Source: the human T2T-CHM13v2.0 reference genome, Homo sapiens. Taken from it: DNA of 64,000 nucleotides. A model generated the notes under the pieces. The model was not told where the DNA came from, ran no database searches, and saw only the letters and a program-made list of their open reading frames with translations. Made by a program: the position numbers and the translations under genes. Shown piece after piece: positions 29,264-44,379 of this stretch. Numbering within the stretch: position 1 is the first letter of the stretch; the number at the start of each line of letters is the position of its first letter. Location: the NCBI RefSeq assembly GCF_009914755.1, contig NC_060928.1; one strand, given 5' to 3'.

Positions 29264-29432
29264 GGGAAAGAAAGAAAGAAAGAGGGAGAAAGAGAGAGAA
29301 AGGAAGGAAGGAAGAGGGAGAAAGAGTCTCCTCAGGAAGGAAGGGAGGGAGGAGGGAGGAAGGAAGGGAGGGAGGGAAGGAAGGAAGGAAGAAAAGAAGG
29401 GGGAAGGAAGGGATAAAATGTGCAGAGAGAGA
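29165..29432. repeat. Compound (GAAA)n/(GGAA)n purine tract
   Basis: About 265 bp almost entirely A/G. Confidence 0.95.
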
Positions 29433-29560
29433 AGTTTTCCAAACCATGCTTATTTATAGTTGCCCATCTCTACTCCATCTCTTAATACAAAGACATGGTT
29501 ATTCACTTGTATTTGGCCATATAATCTCTTCTCCTAAAGCAATGGAATCAGAGAATAAGG

Positions 29561-30552
<992 letters not shown>

Positions 30553-31514
30553 GGGATTTTAAATTTTGAATTTCTCGTAGATTTGAGAATGTGACCAATA
30601 CTCCCCACTATTAACTTAAGAAAATCAGGATCATGCTCTTCACCCTGACTGTTCCAAAAATGGCTCTTTACTATTCAGAACTTACCTGAAACATGTACAC
30701 TTCCACAAAGAGGGATTCTCTGACCACTGAGGATAAAGTAACTATACAATCACTCTCTTATCACCACCGAATTTAAGATGCTGTAATTGTCATGTTGCTG
30801 AAGTGACAATTTGGAGTGCATTCTTTATAAGAAAAACGTGCCTATAGGATTGAGTCCCTTTACCAGGGAGGGAGCCTCGCCAAACTCCCAATATCCAAGT
30901 TTAATGTAGCCTTACTTATTAGTTTTATTCATGTTACTGAGACAATAAGCCTCATAAAGTTATTAAAGTATTTACTATTTAAAAGTCCTCCTAATATAGC
31001 TAGTTCTCATGGAGTAATTGAGTATATCATAAAAAGTCAAACAAAGTGGTAAAAACATAAGGAAGCAATACATTTTTTTCTAAATTAAGTAATGAGTAAT
31101 AAATATTATATCTCAATAATTTGCAATTACAGAAACCCTGTAAAAAAGGAAGTTATGAATAAAACATGATGAGAGGAAGTCCTTTTCACTAGTGACTTAG
31201 TGAATAAAATGAATATTACTATCTTGAAACCTTGTTAAAATAAAAATATCACAAAAATATATTATATATGTGTATTAATTTTTAAAGGATCATTTTAGTT
31301 AAATGCAAGAAAAATTCTATTTATATCTTTTAAGTGTGAAACTAATAGCACTCTCCAATCACAAAATCTATAACCTCAAATAAATTATTTAAAAATATAG
31401 ATAGCTTCTAGTATTCTTGATATTCATAGAATCCATATGTGACTCTTCTTTTATAAATTGATTCACTATTTTCAAAATCAGAGGCAGTTATAGATGGTAG
31501 AGGTAAGGGCAAGT

Positions 31515-32216
31515 AAAAGTTTAGAAAAAATAAAGAGGCTTAATTCTCCCTGTTAAAGGGAGAGACCCCCACCCTCTTTTCTTAGAACAATTACTTTAGA
31601 AAACTTGTAAGCTGTATCTTTCTCTCTTTGACATGTATGAAAATCTTTTTTGAAACTAAATAAATCTCTATCCAGCTTTAAGGCCCAGGGATATCTTTCT
31701 CAAGTACCTGGGAACCATCTCTTTGAAATGTACTCATCAAGGAAGTTTCTGTGAGAAACTTCTTCCCAGTTTCTATGGGAAGGCAGCATTCTAACTTCAG
31801 CTGGTGCATAGCTCCAAAACTATCTACTGTCATAAAGACATAAGACGTTTATTTTTCATTTTGAAGAAAGTCAAATTAACTAACACTGAGGGTGACTTCA
31901 ATTGTCACATGTAGTTCATTCTCAGTGGTGAATTTAGGATAAACTATGTGTGACAAATGGTACTGCCAAGTCCTCTTACTTGAGAATTAGTGAGTATTCA
32001 TCTTAAGAACATGTATGTAATGCATTGTGTCTGCTTGCCTATATAAAAGGGTGACACTTTGTGCCTTTCCAATATCTTAGCGGAGTGCCTGTGATGCACA
32101 TCACATTCTGATTTCATGCTTATTCAATAGTAAAAACGGCTTCTTCCTTTTTTACCTTTGTGGAGAGGATTTCTAGGTTAGGAGGAAATTTTGTTTTTAA
32201 TTACATTTCTCCCAGA
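31515..32216 (+). mobile_element. ERV1 solo LTR (MER34-like)
   Basis: 'tactttagaaaacttgtaa..cctgggaaccatctctttgaaatgta..'; TATA-like tatataaaag at 32040-32049; end 'tgtttttaattacatttctcccaga'. Confidence 0.75.
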
Positions 32217-32312
32217 TAGACTACATTAAGTAATCCATGTACCCTCCGAGTTAGCAGCCCACTAAAAATAATGTCTATTTTATGCTCTTAGACATTATTT
32301 ATATAGTATTAA

Positions 32313-32650
<338 letters not shown>

Positions 32651-33369
32651 TCATCTTTTTTTTAAAAGGTTTATTTTATCATTCTGTAAAAATAAGACTA
32701 AAGTTTATTAACATGAACTTAGCTTAGGATTTTGTATTTAATGCCTCAGAAAATATTTTCAGTTATGTTTTTAAGTCTTCAAATGATATCTGTGGTGATT
32801 TCTGATCTTTCAACTATTAATTTTGAAGCTGCCTACTAGATATATAATTTGTAAAAACATGCCTTGTATTGGATGGCTTTGCTTGTTAGCTCTTTAATAC
32901 TTTTGGCTTTAATAGTCTTCTGTCTGATCAGCAAACACAGTACCCAAGTGTTCTGATCACTAATTGCAGTAACTTTTGAAAACTTTATCAAAATACCAAT
33001 GGCAAGAGAAAATGTGATGCTTGTGCCACCATGATGAGAATTGCAGAAATATTGTCCTATCTGCTATTCAAATGATGTTATGCTTCCATTACCTATAGAG
33101 AAAAATGAGGTAACATTTAACTTGAGATTACTTCAGAGAATTCCCATTCTCGTCACCAGGTGTCAGTAAAATAACCATCACTGCAAGACCCTGTTCCCTA
33201 GAACAATAATTGGCAAGGCAGGTGATTGTCTGTTGGTACAATTGTCAGTTTCTCTTAACACCCATGGACTTTATATTGCACTGCCTGTTGGACTAATTCC
33301 AAATGATAGATTGATTATAAGACATGTTTTAGATTGACCTTAAAGATACCTAAAGCTGGTACTCAGTTA

Positions 33370-33600
33370 AAAATATAGAGTCAGTCAAATGCAGATTAAA
33401 TTCCAGCTCTGATATTGACTGGCTCTGTTTACTAGTACAAATTTCTTAATTTCTCCCCTCATCCATCTCCTCATCAGTAAAAAGAGCATAGTAATAGCTA
33501 TTTTATAAGACTACAGTAAGAATATGATGAGATAATTCATTTTGTCTATCACAATAACTGACACATTTAGGTTTCTTGCTAATGACATGTGATGATTATG
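33370..33600 (+). mobile_element. MIR SINE
   Basis: 'aaattccagctctgatattgactggct..ctcctcatcagtaaaaagagcatagtaatag'. Confidence 0.6.
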
Positions 33601-33950
33601 TCTTTTTATATTGGAGGAAAAGAACTTAAAAAGCAACACTCTAGTGGCTTAGGATTTCTTCTTACATAAAATGTGTACATGAGAGTACTGTCATTATGCA
33701 ACTAGAGTGCATATAATTATAAAGGATATTGGGATTATCAACATAGAAAGAAAATTTAAGGAGCTTTCTATTTAGTTTTACTTTAACAACCAGGTAAACC
33801 TTATTTGTATCAGGGTGAATTGTATGCTTACTGATATATTTTTTGGGGGATAGTCAGCATTTTACCATATTGCCTAATTTATCAATGCAAATACATATTA
33901 ATATATATTATATATTGCAGTCACTGTTGTCAATCATATTACAAAATAAT

Positions 33951-34615
33951 TGTTGCAGTTAGAACCCAAAATGGCCTCCCACATAACTGTGCCGCTGATA
34001 TTCACACTGCTGTATAGTCCTATCCTAAGTTGAATTTGGGCTGGCCCTATGAAACAAATAGAATACGGTGAAAGTGACTTCTGAGGCAAGGACAGAAGAA
34101 GTCTTGTGGTTTCTTTCTGAGTCTCTTGGAAAGGTTAGTAGGTAGAGCTGGTGGCCTTATAAGAAGTGGGGCCATTCTGGGCTGCCCTGCTGGAGGACGC
34201 TAAAGCTAGAGGAAACATGGAAACAAACAGGCGCCAGTCAGTCCTCATTATTCCAGCCATTGCCACTTAACTGCTAGGAATGTGAGTGAAGAAGCCATCT
34301 AGACACCCAGCTCAGGTAAACCTTCAGAAAACTCCAGCACCAGCCTGTGGTTTATGATTATAATCACTTGTGAACCATGAAGGAAATCTACCCAACTGAG
34401 CCAAATCAAGCCATAGAACTATAAAATATAGTGATATATATTATAGTCGACACACAATATAATTCTTATTTGTTAAGAGCTGATCATCATTCTTCTCCTC
34501 CCCTGTGCCTTGCTACTAAGACAACTTTATTTGGCCTGAGGCATTAGATGTCTTTGGTGGGATGTTTTTGGTGAAAGTTTTTTGTAGGGTTTTATTATAA
34601 AGCAATGCATATAAA
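33951..34615 (+). mobile_element. MLT1 (G/H-like) LTR with a non-LTR insert near its 3' end
   Basis: 'aaaatggcctccca..gaatttgggctggcc..tgtgagtgaagaagccatc..cccaactgagcc..ccatagaac'; terminal 'aagtttt..ttattataaagcaat' lies after the insert. Confidence 0.7.
34458..34559 (+). repeat. 102-bp dispersed duplicate of 37583-37684
   Basis: Direct alignment by eye: 8 substitutions, no gaps. Confidence 0.95.
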
Positions 34616-34803
34616 AATCATTTTTTACATTTCATTGGAAAAAACAGAAAAAATACTCTTTATTGGATATAATACATAATTTAAATTAATTTAAATTAAA
34701 TACTTTCACCTGAATTGCACAAAAACATGTAATAATGTAGCCAAATCTGACACCATTAAAAAAAAATACATACATTGGTCAAATTCTTTGGGTGTTGTGA
34801 CAA

Positions 34804-35206
34804 TGCTATGGACTGAAATGTGTTGCCCCTCCCTAATTTATACATTGAAATTCTAACACACTCCTCGGAATGTGACTGTATTTGGAGATAATGGTCTTCA
34901 AAAAGATGACTAAGTTAAAATGAGGCCTTTAGTGTAGGTCTTAATCCAATGTAAGTAGTGTCATTAGAAGAGAAGAGATGCAGACACAATGAGTAACAAC
35001 AAGGGATACCTGGGCAGAGAGAAAAGGCCATGTGAAAACACAGCAAGAAGGCTGCTATCTTCAAGCTAAGGAGAGACAGGGCTCAGAAAAAGCAAACTTG
35101 CTGACACCTTTATGTTCCAGCTTTTAGACAGTGAGAAAAGAAATTTCTGTTAATTAAGCCACCCATCTGCAGTATGCTGTTATGGCAGCCCTAGAAAGCA
35201 AATACA
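34804..35206 (+). mobile_element. MLT1B-like solo LTR
   Basis: 'tgctatggactgaa..tgtgactgtatttggagata..gttatggcagccctagaaagcaaataca'. Confidence 0.85.
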
Positions 35207-35869
35207 GTTAAGAGTCAGTATACTTCCTCAGGTGATATAGAAGAGCACACCTGGCTGTCGTATCCAGGGTTGGCTGTGTCCTACTTCTGAGCTGTGTCAA
35301 TCTGCACATTTGCTGCTGTAGCAGAAACCAGGTTCTTCCTTGCCTTCAGTGGTCTAGCTTGAGACTTTCCATTAGTCCCAGGAACGCCTTAAAATACTTT
35401 CAATAAATATTTTGTGTTTAAGTTCATCTGATTTGGTTTCTGTAGTTTGCAACTAAGAACACTAACTGAAAATTCTGTGGCTGAATACTGATATGCAGAT
35501 GAATCGCAGCAAACCATATAAGGTAGGAAAATTTTCCCCAAAATGTTGCACATATCGTTATGAGCAGAAAGTGAAGGTAGTCACGAAGACTCACTGGTTG
35601 AATCCAAAAAACATCAAAGTTATTTATAATATAAGATGATGCAAATTTGGCTTAGTGAAAAAATTTAATAGTGCTACAAATATTTAAAAGCAATTTAGAT
35701 AGTGCTAGAAAACAATAGAAACTATTATTATTACTATGTTAAATAAGAGAGGCTGCCAAATGCTTATAAATAGCTCTTATAATAATGAGAACTATATGAG
35801 AGATCTTATCAAGTTTATTGCTTTGGGAGGAAATTAGTGAGTCATGGCATTTCTAAGGACTGCTTTTAC

Positions 35870-36040
35870 AGAAAAAGAAATCTGTGTTTGAATTCCAACT
35901 GCATGACCTAATAGCTCTTACCTCTAGTAAATTATCATTTCTTATCTACAAAATTGGAATAATGACTTATAAGGTATTATTCTACAAATTAAAGAGAAAA
36001 TATATGTCAAACAATAGTCATGAGGCCCAATGGAGCCTGT
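35870..36040 (+). mobile_element. MIR SINE
   Basis: 'tgtgtttgaattccaactg..tttcttatctacaaaattggaataat'. Confidence 0.6.
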
Positions 36041-36065
36041 ATTTTCCTATTCAAACCTACATCCC

Positions 36066-36389
<324 letters not shown>

Positions 36390-37582
36390 ACCTACACCCT
36401 GTTCAGAAGTGAAAGGAAATTGTGGCTAATATTTAAACTTACCAAGGAAACTAAACTTGGTGTCATCTGAATGTAAACAGAATATAAAACCATCTCTTTG
36501 CAGCAAATATTTAGCCAATTTAAAATTGACACCTTAACAGGATATTTCTTCTCAGCTGATGTCCTTTCTTCTTTCCCCCTACTTAGGAAGACTCTCAGAT
36601 GCAAGTAAGCACATAGGTGGTTTTGTGACAGCAGGGATAGGGCAGGTGGTTCCTGTGCTAGCCCTTTTGTTAGTTGGTCTGATATTTTCAAATGCTGGTT
36701 CTCCAAGAAATGTGTCTTCTCCTTTGCAGACATTATGTACATTAACCACTGTGAATTGTTGCTGAGTTTGCCCTTGATGAAACTTCAGAGCACAAGACTA
36801 TGAATTATCAGTCTCTACTTTTCTGCCCTCCCACACCATTTGTCTTAGTCCCAGCACAGCAGTCACTGACACTCTTTCCCATACCTGGTGAGGCTGTCGT
36901 TTTAATGGTGTCACCCTCACCTCATCAAAATAATTCTACAGCAGGCTGACTGGCTCACCAATCTATTCCTCTTGTTCCTCTGCTAAAAGCAAGAGAGGAA
37001 CATCTATACCTTGAATGCCACAAGAAACCAATGGCAAGTTGTGGGGGTCAAGAGGTGGTGGAACGCTCATTTATACCAGCCTTTGCCTTTGGATGTGCCA
37101 CACTGCTTCTCTTCCTCCATCATGCTCATAGTAGAGTGAAGTGGTCTACACACACTGAGTTAAAACTGGGCGGACCCAGGAAAGATAAAAAACTTTTCTG
37201 CTTTTCACTCCCTGCTACCCCAAATTATCTTTGTTCTTTCTACTACTCTTCTTGGAGTTCAACTCCAAAGATCAGAGAGGAGGAAGAAACAAGGACTCTC
37301 TGTCATCCAGTTCCTTGCCCTCTACTCTCTATAACTTGTCTTCTTTCTCTTGAGGTCTTACAAATGCTATGCTTTATCTTTTCTCCCTCGGTGAGTGTGA
37401 ATTCCCTTAGGTTTTATCCTAAGTCCTCTCCTCATTGAGGCTCATGTAGCAGTCCTTAGGAACCTGACTTTTGATTAAAAATGAGAATGCCCTCAAAATT
37501 TGAAAATCCTTTATCACTACACAAAGAATGTTGTTTGAGGCTAATATCTTGCTTTACCACTCATGTCCACATAGACAAGCAT

Positions 37583-37684
37583 TATAATTCTTATTTGTTA
37601 AGAGCTGATCATCATTCTTCTCCTCCAATGTGCCTTCCTGTTAAGACAACTTTAGTTGGCCTGAGGCATTAGATGCCTTCGGTG
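37583..37684 (+). repeat. Probable donor copy of the 102-bp duplicate at 34458-34559
   Basis: About 92% identical to 34458-34559 and embedded in apparently unique sequence. Confidence 0.9.
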
Positions 37685-37809
37685 AAATAGAAGTAAGATT
37701 ATTACAAGGAAAAACAGAACAGAAAGCATACTAATGTATTTTTGAAGATGGTATTCTGTGAAATGAATAGAAAAATTATTTATAATTGAAACTATATCTT
37801 CAATGTATT

Positions 37810-38080
37810 CTTCTTTCAGTCAGTGAACAAATATCTATTGAGTGCCTACCATGTATCTACAATTGCTATCACAGAAGTTGGAGGAAATAAAAAAGAACAA
37901 AATGGAAATAGTCTGTGGTATCATGGGTAAGACAATCATAGAAACAGTAATTACAAGTATGGTAAGATCACACAAGGAGAAATCTGGGACACAGTGGAAC
38001 ATCTAACAGGAGGTGCATATCTGGTCTGAATTGTCACAAAACATTTTTGCAGAAAGTAGAGAAAGCAAAAGAAGACATCT
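37810..38080 (-). mobile_element. L2 3' end
   Basis: 'aacaaatatctattgagtgcctaccatgt'. Confidence 0.6.
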
Positions 38081-38112
38081 ACGTTTGTTGTTTTCTTAGA
38101 GGTATTTGCAAA

Positions 38113-38146
<34 letters not shown>
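38113..38146. repeat. (TG)n microsatellite
   Basis: TG run seen directly. Confidence 0.95.
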
Positions 38147-38148
<2 letters not shown>

Positions 38149-39209
38149 CCTGTCTGTGAGTCTATTTGTATACCCATAATTTACACATAATGAAAATGAC
38201 AATTTGTTGTCCTAAGCCTTTGTCCCTATTGGCTTTCTTTTGAAAAATATACTGCTTGTCTCTTTAGATTAATGAATCCGTTGTTTGTTTCTTCTATGTG
38301 ACCATTTTTTTAAAGATTCAAGTAGACCTACTTGACATGTAAGTTTATGAGCATAAATTAATTTTTAGGTAGTTAAACATTTCTTTCAGAATTTTGTTGA
38401 AATCCAGACATTTTAAAGTACCTATTTTATAAGTATTTGATGACAAGTAAGCATTTCCCCTAAAACTAGCAAGCTTTTTAAAATAAATGAAAGCCCTTTT
38501 GTTACCAGGAAAAATATATTAAATATAATATAATTTTCTTAATGTTGCTGAATAGAAATAAATAACATAAGTTATTTAAGGAATGACTACCCTAAATTGA
38601 ACTAGATACACATTAAAATGGGTTGACCAAGTGTCTTGTGATGAATGTCTATATTTGTATTTTTATTAACACTGTCATTTAGAGTACAGTAATTGGCCTC
38701 TACTCATTAATGAAAATCTAATTTATAGATCTACAGCCCATCAACTCTGTGATTCCTGATGCTTTAACTAAAAATTTTGATTCCATGGCAACAGTTTTCT
38801 CCAAAATCAAAGAAAAGCTGAGGAGAAGAGAGGGTCAACTAATCTGTCATGTTTGGAACAAAAAATATCTTGTGTTCCAAACTGTTTTTTGCCTAACCAT
38901 ACAAAAGAAACAAGCATGAAATGATGAGAGAGGTTATAAAACCATAGTCCAACATGTTCTGTCACCTGTACTTGACTGAGGATGTGGCAATATGACAAAT
39001 AATATCAAAGGACAGAAATAATGTTATGTATCATTGGTTTGATTATGGGATTCTGTGGCCCAAATGTGCTCTAGCTCTCCAACACACAGAAGGATTTCTG
39101 GTTTAACTTTGACATAATATTTAAAATATATGCAGTCATAGTGGTATAAAATTATTTCTACTAAGTTGGAATATACACATATTTCACTAGAAGGATAAAA
39201 ATTCCAGCT

Positions 39210-39420
39210 TCCATTTACTGAGTGCTTATACTAAGTGCCAACATTTTGCTAAGCATGTGACACATATTAGTTCACGAAAACATCACAAAACCATATGAGG
39301 TATGATTATAACTATTTTTCTAATAAAGAAGATGAGTTTTGAAATCTCAAGGAATTTGCTAAATATCAAAAAAAGCATAAGTAGTAGCATCTGTCTGATT
39401 TCTAAGTCCATATGTTTACC
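39210..39420 (-). mobile_element. MIR SINE
   Basis: 'ccatttactgagtgcttatactaagtgcca..tgctaagc..ccatatgaggta'. Confidence 0.65.
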
Positions 39421-42156
39421 TACAAGGTTTTCCACATACATTTTGACCATTGAGGCCAAAATTTATCTTAAAATGAACTTTGTGTTTTTTCAGATAACCT
39501 TTGTATTTGCCATCTTATTGAATTTCCATCAAAACTAACTGAGCTTAGAAAGTAGATATTTTCTTCCTATTGTATACAGATGAGAAATGTAAGAATAAAA
39601 AATGTATATATATTAGCAAAAATTATACAACTTACTAAGTGTTAGAGGCTAGACAAAAATTCTGGTCTACTAATACAAAATTTAGTTCTCCTCTGTTTCT
39701 TTGTTTCATTTTTCCTCACCTATGCCCTGTTTGGTTAGGGGAAAGAATTTTCTCAGTCTAAAGGCAGTCCCTGAGGCAGAGTTTCAGATTTTGAGCCAAG
39801 AGATGGATTTTCATGCTCTTTGAACAAATTCAAAGGAAATTAATAAGCACAAACATATGTAAGTGAGAGAAAAAAATAATTTCAGCATCCACATTCCCTA
39901 TCTGATCATTTCTTATCCTGATTTCCCCCAAACTATAGTCCAATTTCCTGGCAGATGATTCAAGTTTTCTTATACACCTCTGATGTATACATTACAAAGG
40001 GCCTAAATTGTTAACATTTTTATAGGTCAGAATGCCATAGATTTCTTTTTTCTTCTTTTGGGTGGAATAGTTTTCTTTATTATTCTAAACATATTTTAAC
40101 CTCTCAAGAGTCCACTGAAAATAAGAATGTAGTTTAAAGTTATAAAAGGTAAAATGTTGTCTTAAGAGTCATCTCTAAACATCATCTTTCCTCTCAGCCT
40201 AAGGGGGCCTTTATTGGAACTTTATCTCCCTTTGTAACAGACAGGTGGATAGAGAAAGGGGTGAGCTGGTCATTTAACCTAAGCAAAATGGATCTTTAAG
40301 AAGGTGGCCATGCTGACATCAGCACTTAGCAAGTACCCGAAGCTTCTGATTTACTACACCCAGTTTTTGGCATAGTTCTAGCACAAGGCAGTAGCTTAAT
40401 AAATATGTGCTAATATTTTGAATGACTGGGCAATGAATAAAAAATTGATGAGGGTACTGCAACCAGGCTGAAGAGTAAACTTGAATGAATTCAATCCATT
40501 TTAAGGTGGCAAGGCAGAGAAGTTTCATGTTCATGGTGATCACTTAAAAGGTGTTATTTATTAATACTTCAAGAATTTCACTGATATGAAGGAGCGTATG
40601 ACTTTACCTGGCAACTCCACCATCCACCCTAGCCCATGATTTCCTTATTGGTAACATCCCTAGAAGAAACTTTTTGGCAAACTAGCCCTGGAATAGGAAG
40701 AACAATGAAAATGGAAGATGCTCCTGATTTAAAGAACACACTCTCACTTTTCACCTGGAAGTGTTTATTGTAATAAAGATAGATAATTCTAGGAGACAGA
40801 ATGTTTTTGATCTTTCTCCATTTAATAGTGTTCAAACATGGTGTTGGTCTTGCCTTTTTAGAAAAGTATAGTCAGAATTAGCAATCTCAACAAACCTTGG
40901 AAGAGTGTAGGGCTGATTCTGAATAAATTTTAAGATAAGCAAATATGCAAATGCTACAGACAAGTTGTGTGAGTTAATGAGGAACTGAAGAGGTTTCCAG
41001 TAAGGGCTAGTAAGACACATGAAAAAGATGCTTTAGGGACACAACAAATACCTATTCTTTTAATGCCAAATGGAGTAAGCTAGCCATTCTACTTAACAAA
41101 CTGATGATGATGAAAATAATAATAAGAGAAAAACAATTAAAATCATCTTACTGTGAATCTTTTGCTCATCCATTTCTAGATATGAATATAAAAATTGCAA
41201 CTGCCTGTGAATAACTATCAGATCAATAGTATAAACAATCGCATTGCCATTTGGTGGCATCTGCCCTGATTATATACACAATTATATTTCAGTGGCTGAA
41301 CATGAAATGTATACTCTTTATTAAATTGTCCTTCTTAACAAAACAGTTTAGACATATAGCAAGTATAAATGAATAAAATACTAACATTTAGAACATTTAC
41401 TTTTGACCTTGTCTATAAAATGCTACTAATTTTGGTGAATATTTTAAAACTACATATATGTTTTATTTAAATGCCTAAAACATAAAGAAAGTAACAGATG
41501 AAATCTCTTGACTGGTGAGAATGTTTACTCACTTTGGAATGGTCTTGCCTATATGAGGCCCCATGGGAGAATCAAGCTAAAAGTCTGCAGGACTAGCAAT
41601 CGGCTCAAAAACATTTTAACTAAAATATTTTATTTGGTTTTGACCAAATATAACTTTGTCAGTCTACATTAGTGTTATAAAAACAAATACTGATTGAGTT
41701 GTACCCAAACCTAACAACCACATCATGCATTCAAAAATGATTTTATTTTAAATTAGGTAGCAAATCTACTGGTTTATATTACTCGTCACCAGGATGCTAT
41801 AATGTTGTTAAGAAAACCTGGTTGCTGTTGCTGTTTTGTAAATGGTTTATTAGGACTTAATTTATTTTTTCTGTAATTGGACTGATACACTATTTTAATA
41901 ATTCTTATTAATGTTCTCGTTATGATTATACACACACACAAACACATCAAAATAAATATTTAAACTGGCACTTAAACACACTTAAGTCTTTAAAACAGAT
42001 AAATTTAATCAGGAGAAAATAACACTCAATTAATTTAGCACAATTTTGCTTTATAGTTTTGAAGTTTTAGATGTCCTGACAATACCACCTTGTTAATGTT
42101 GTATTCCAGAGACCATCAAGATATAGAGCTCTGTTTGTAAATAGATATTTTATAAA

Positions 42157-42488
42157 CATTTTAATTTTATTTTTACTTATGTATTTATTTTTTAGACACA
42201 GGGTCTCACTCAGGTGCCCAGGCTGGAGTTCAGTGGCACAGTCATAGCTCACTGCAGCCTTGAACTCCTGGGCTCAAGCAATCCTCCCACCTCAGCCTCC
42301 CAAGTAGCTAGGACTATAGGCATGTACCACCATGCCCAGCTAAATTTTATTTATTTATTTATTTATTTTGTACATGCAGTGTCTCACTATGTTGTCTGGG
42401 CTGGCCTCTAACTCCTGGAGTCAAGTAATCTTTTCATCCCAGCCTTCCAAGTAGGTGGAACTATAGACACATACTACTATACTTGGTG
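42157..42488 (-). mobile_element. AluJ (Jo/Jr-like)
   Basis: 'gtcatagctcactgcagccttgaactcctgggctcaagcaatcctcccacctcagcc' is J-type. Confidence 0.92.
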
Positions 42489-42689
42489 TGAATGAATATT
42501 TCAAATAAATAGTCCCCTTTTCTATAATAAAGAGGTCTCTAAGCTAACATGAATGTTGGGAATTGGTAAAATTTGTAAAAAAAAAAAGTATTATTATTAG
42601 ATGTATATGGAAGCAAACAAAATAATCCACCCTTATAGAGAAAAGGACTCTTTACTGTTTGTCTACAAATCAAGACTAGACTGATTTGC

Positions 42690-42887
42690 AGTCAAGAGAA
42701 TGCCTTAAGAGAATGTATTCTGGAACCAGGCGGCATGGATTTGAATCCCTTTTTTGACTTTGGAGGATATGCTTAACCATTCTATGCTTATTTCCTCTTA
42801 TGAAACAATAATACTTAACTCCTATGATTATAATGATATTAAAATAAATTAATGTTTATCAAACTCTTAGATTGGTACAAAGCACAC
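42690..42887 (+). mobile_element. MIR SINE
   Basis: 'tctggaaccagg..ggatttgaatccc..cttaaccattctatgctt'. Confidence 0.55.
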
Positions 42888-42975
42888 ATTATGTTGGGTT
42901 AAATCATGTGGAATTGTCATTTTTATAACTAAAAAAGGATAAAGTATCAGCAATTTTATGCATCCCAACCTAATA
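42888..42975. mobile_element. MADE2-like mariner MITE
   Basis: About 85 bp with inverted termini 'attatgttgg..' and '..ccaacctaata'. Confidence 0.7.
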
Positions 42976-43009
42976 GTATTATTATCTGCTTAATTGGATA
43001 CTATTCTCT

Positions 43010-43520
43010 ATTTAAGAATCAGAGCAATTAACACGTCCTCCCAGAGCCCTCCCTAAACCCCTGCCCTTTCCCCTTTGTGACCTGATAAAGAAAAACGGCA
43101 ACAGATCAGTGAAAGCACCTAAAACGGAGGTGATAAGCCATTCCAGCTGGAACATCAGGCTTGCTTCAAGCAGAGAATACTCAATCCACAAGGTCAAACT
43201 TCTTACCTGAACACAATTTCCAAAATATCTGTTGACTATTGTCTGCTGAACTGGGAGGCCCCTAATCATAGCTGCCTTCTTAACTGTTAACAGTCTCTCC
43301 CTTGACTCCAAGATTGCTTTAGACAGACACATCACACCAGTTGTAATAGTTAAAAAATAACTTTTATAAGCACCCCGTCTCCTGATTCATTCTGTTTTCT
43401 TTAAAAGTGCCAGCCTCTCCTTAGTTCTCTAGAGCACTTGTAACTTGAAAGCGCTTCTCAGGCTTCAGTCACTCAAATTGGGCTCAAACAAGTTCTTTGC
43501 TGTATAAGCTCTACCTCAAT
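43010..43520 (+). mobile_element. Probable old ERV LTR
   Basis: 3' part 'cttctcaggcttcagtcactcaaattgggctcaaa' resembles ERV1 LTR ends; family not resolved. Confidence 0.4.
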
Positions 43521-44379
43521 GTTTTCCATGTCTGCAGAAACTTAGGCCCATACACCTCTCTTCAGCCACCACAATACAAGATGTATATCTGTATTAAATC
43601 TTTGGCATGTGTAACATGTATTTCAAGATTATGCTTTTTATTTCTTTACATCCAGCACTACCACATATTTCATTATGTTAACATATCAAAAGCACATTAG
43701 AAGCATCAGTAGCAATACTATCATAGAATTTTTCTAGTTAAATTGCCGTATGTTTCACACTCACCCTGTGAGCCTTCCCAGAAACAAGCCATGAGCTCGG
43801 TTATAGGCTTTTCACGGTACACCAAGAAATTGGCTATCAACTACTTGAAATGCAGAGACGTGGCAAAGAGCAGTACAGGCACCTGCATCATTGAACAGAA
43901 AGGCACAATAAGAAGGAAATTAATTCGCCCCTTAGGCTCATCTACACAATAATCCTACAGAATGAATTTGTTGTTTTCTGAAGGCAGTTTTCCAGATATG
44001 AAATTATGGCTCCAGGAGTAATGTGAGATTTCATGCAAGTAGAGGGAGCTCATGATTTCTCACACAGATCTGTTGTCATATAGTGAAAGGCAAACCCAGC
44101 GATCCTACAAACTTCAAATCTTGAGTGTAGTGTGCATCCCATTCTCAAAGGAAGAAGAAATGAAAGAAAACAAAAACACAAGAAATAAAAGGAAAGAAGA
44201 AGAGAGGAATAAAGGAAGAGAGGAAAGGAACCAGTTAAGAAGAAGAAATGGAGAAAAAAATGAAAGAAGAAAAGAGAGAAAACGGAGAGGATATAAATAT
44301 AAAATTAGCAATTAAAAATATTTTTAAAGCCATGTGTGCATTTAACTCACCATGAATGCTGATATGTTATGTGTGGATA

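Noticed and set aside
37031-37438. 135-aa ORF in apparently unique DNA
   Set aside because: No recognisable domain, C-terminal half is pyrimidine-rich low complexity, and there is no supporting exon structure
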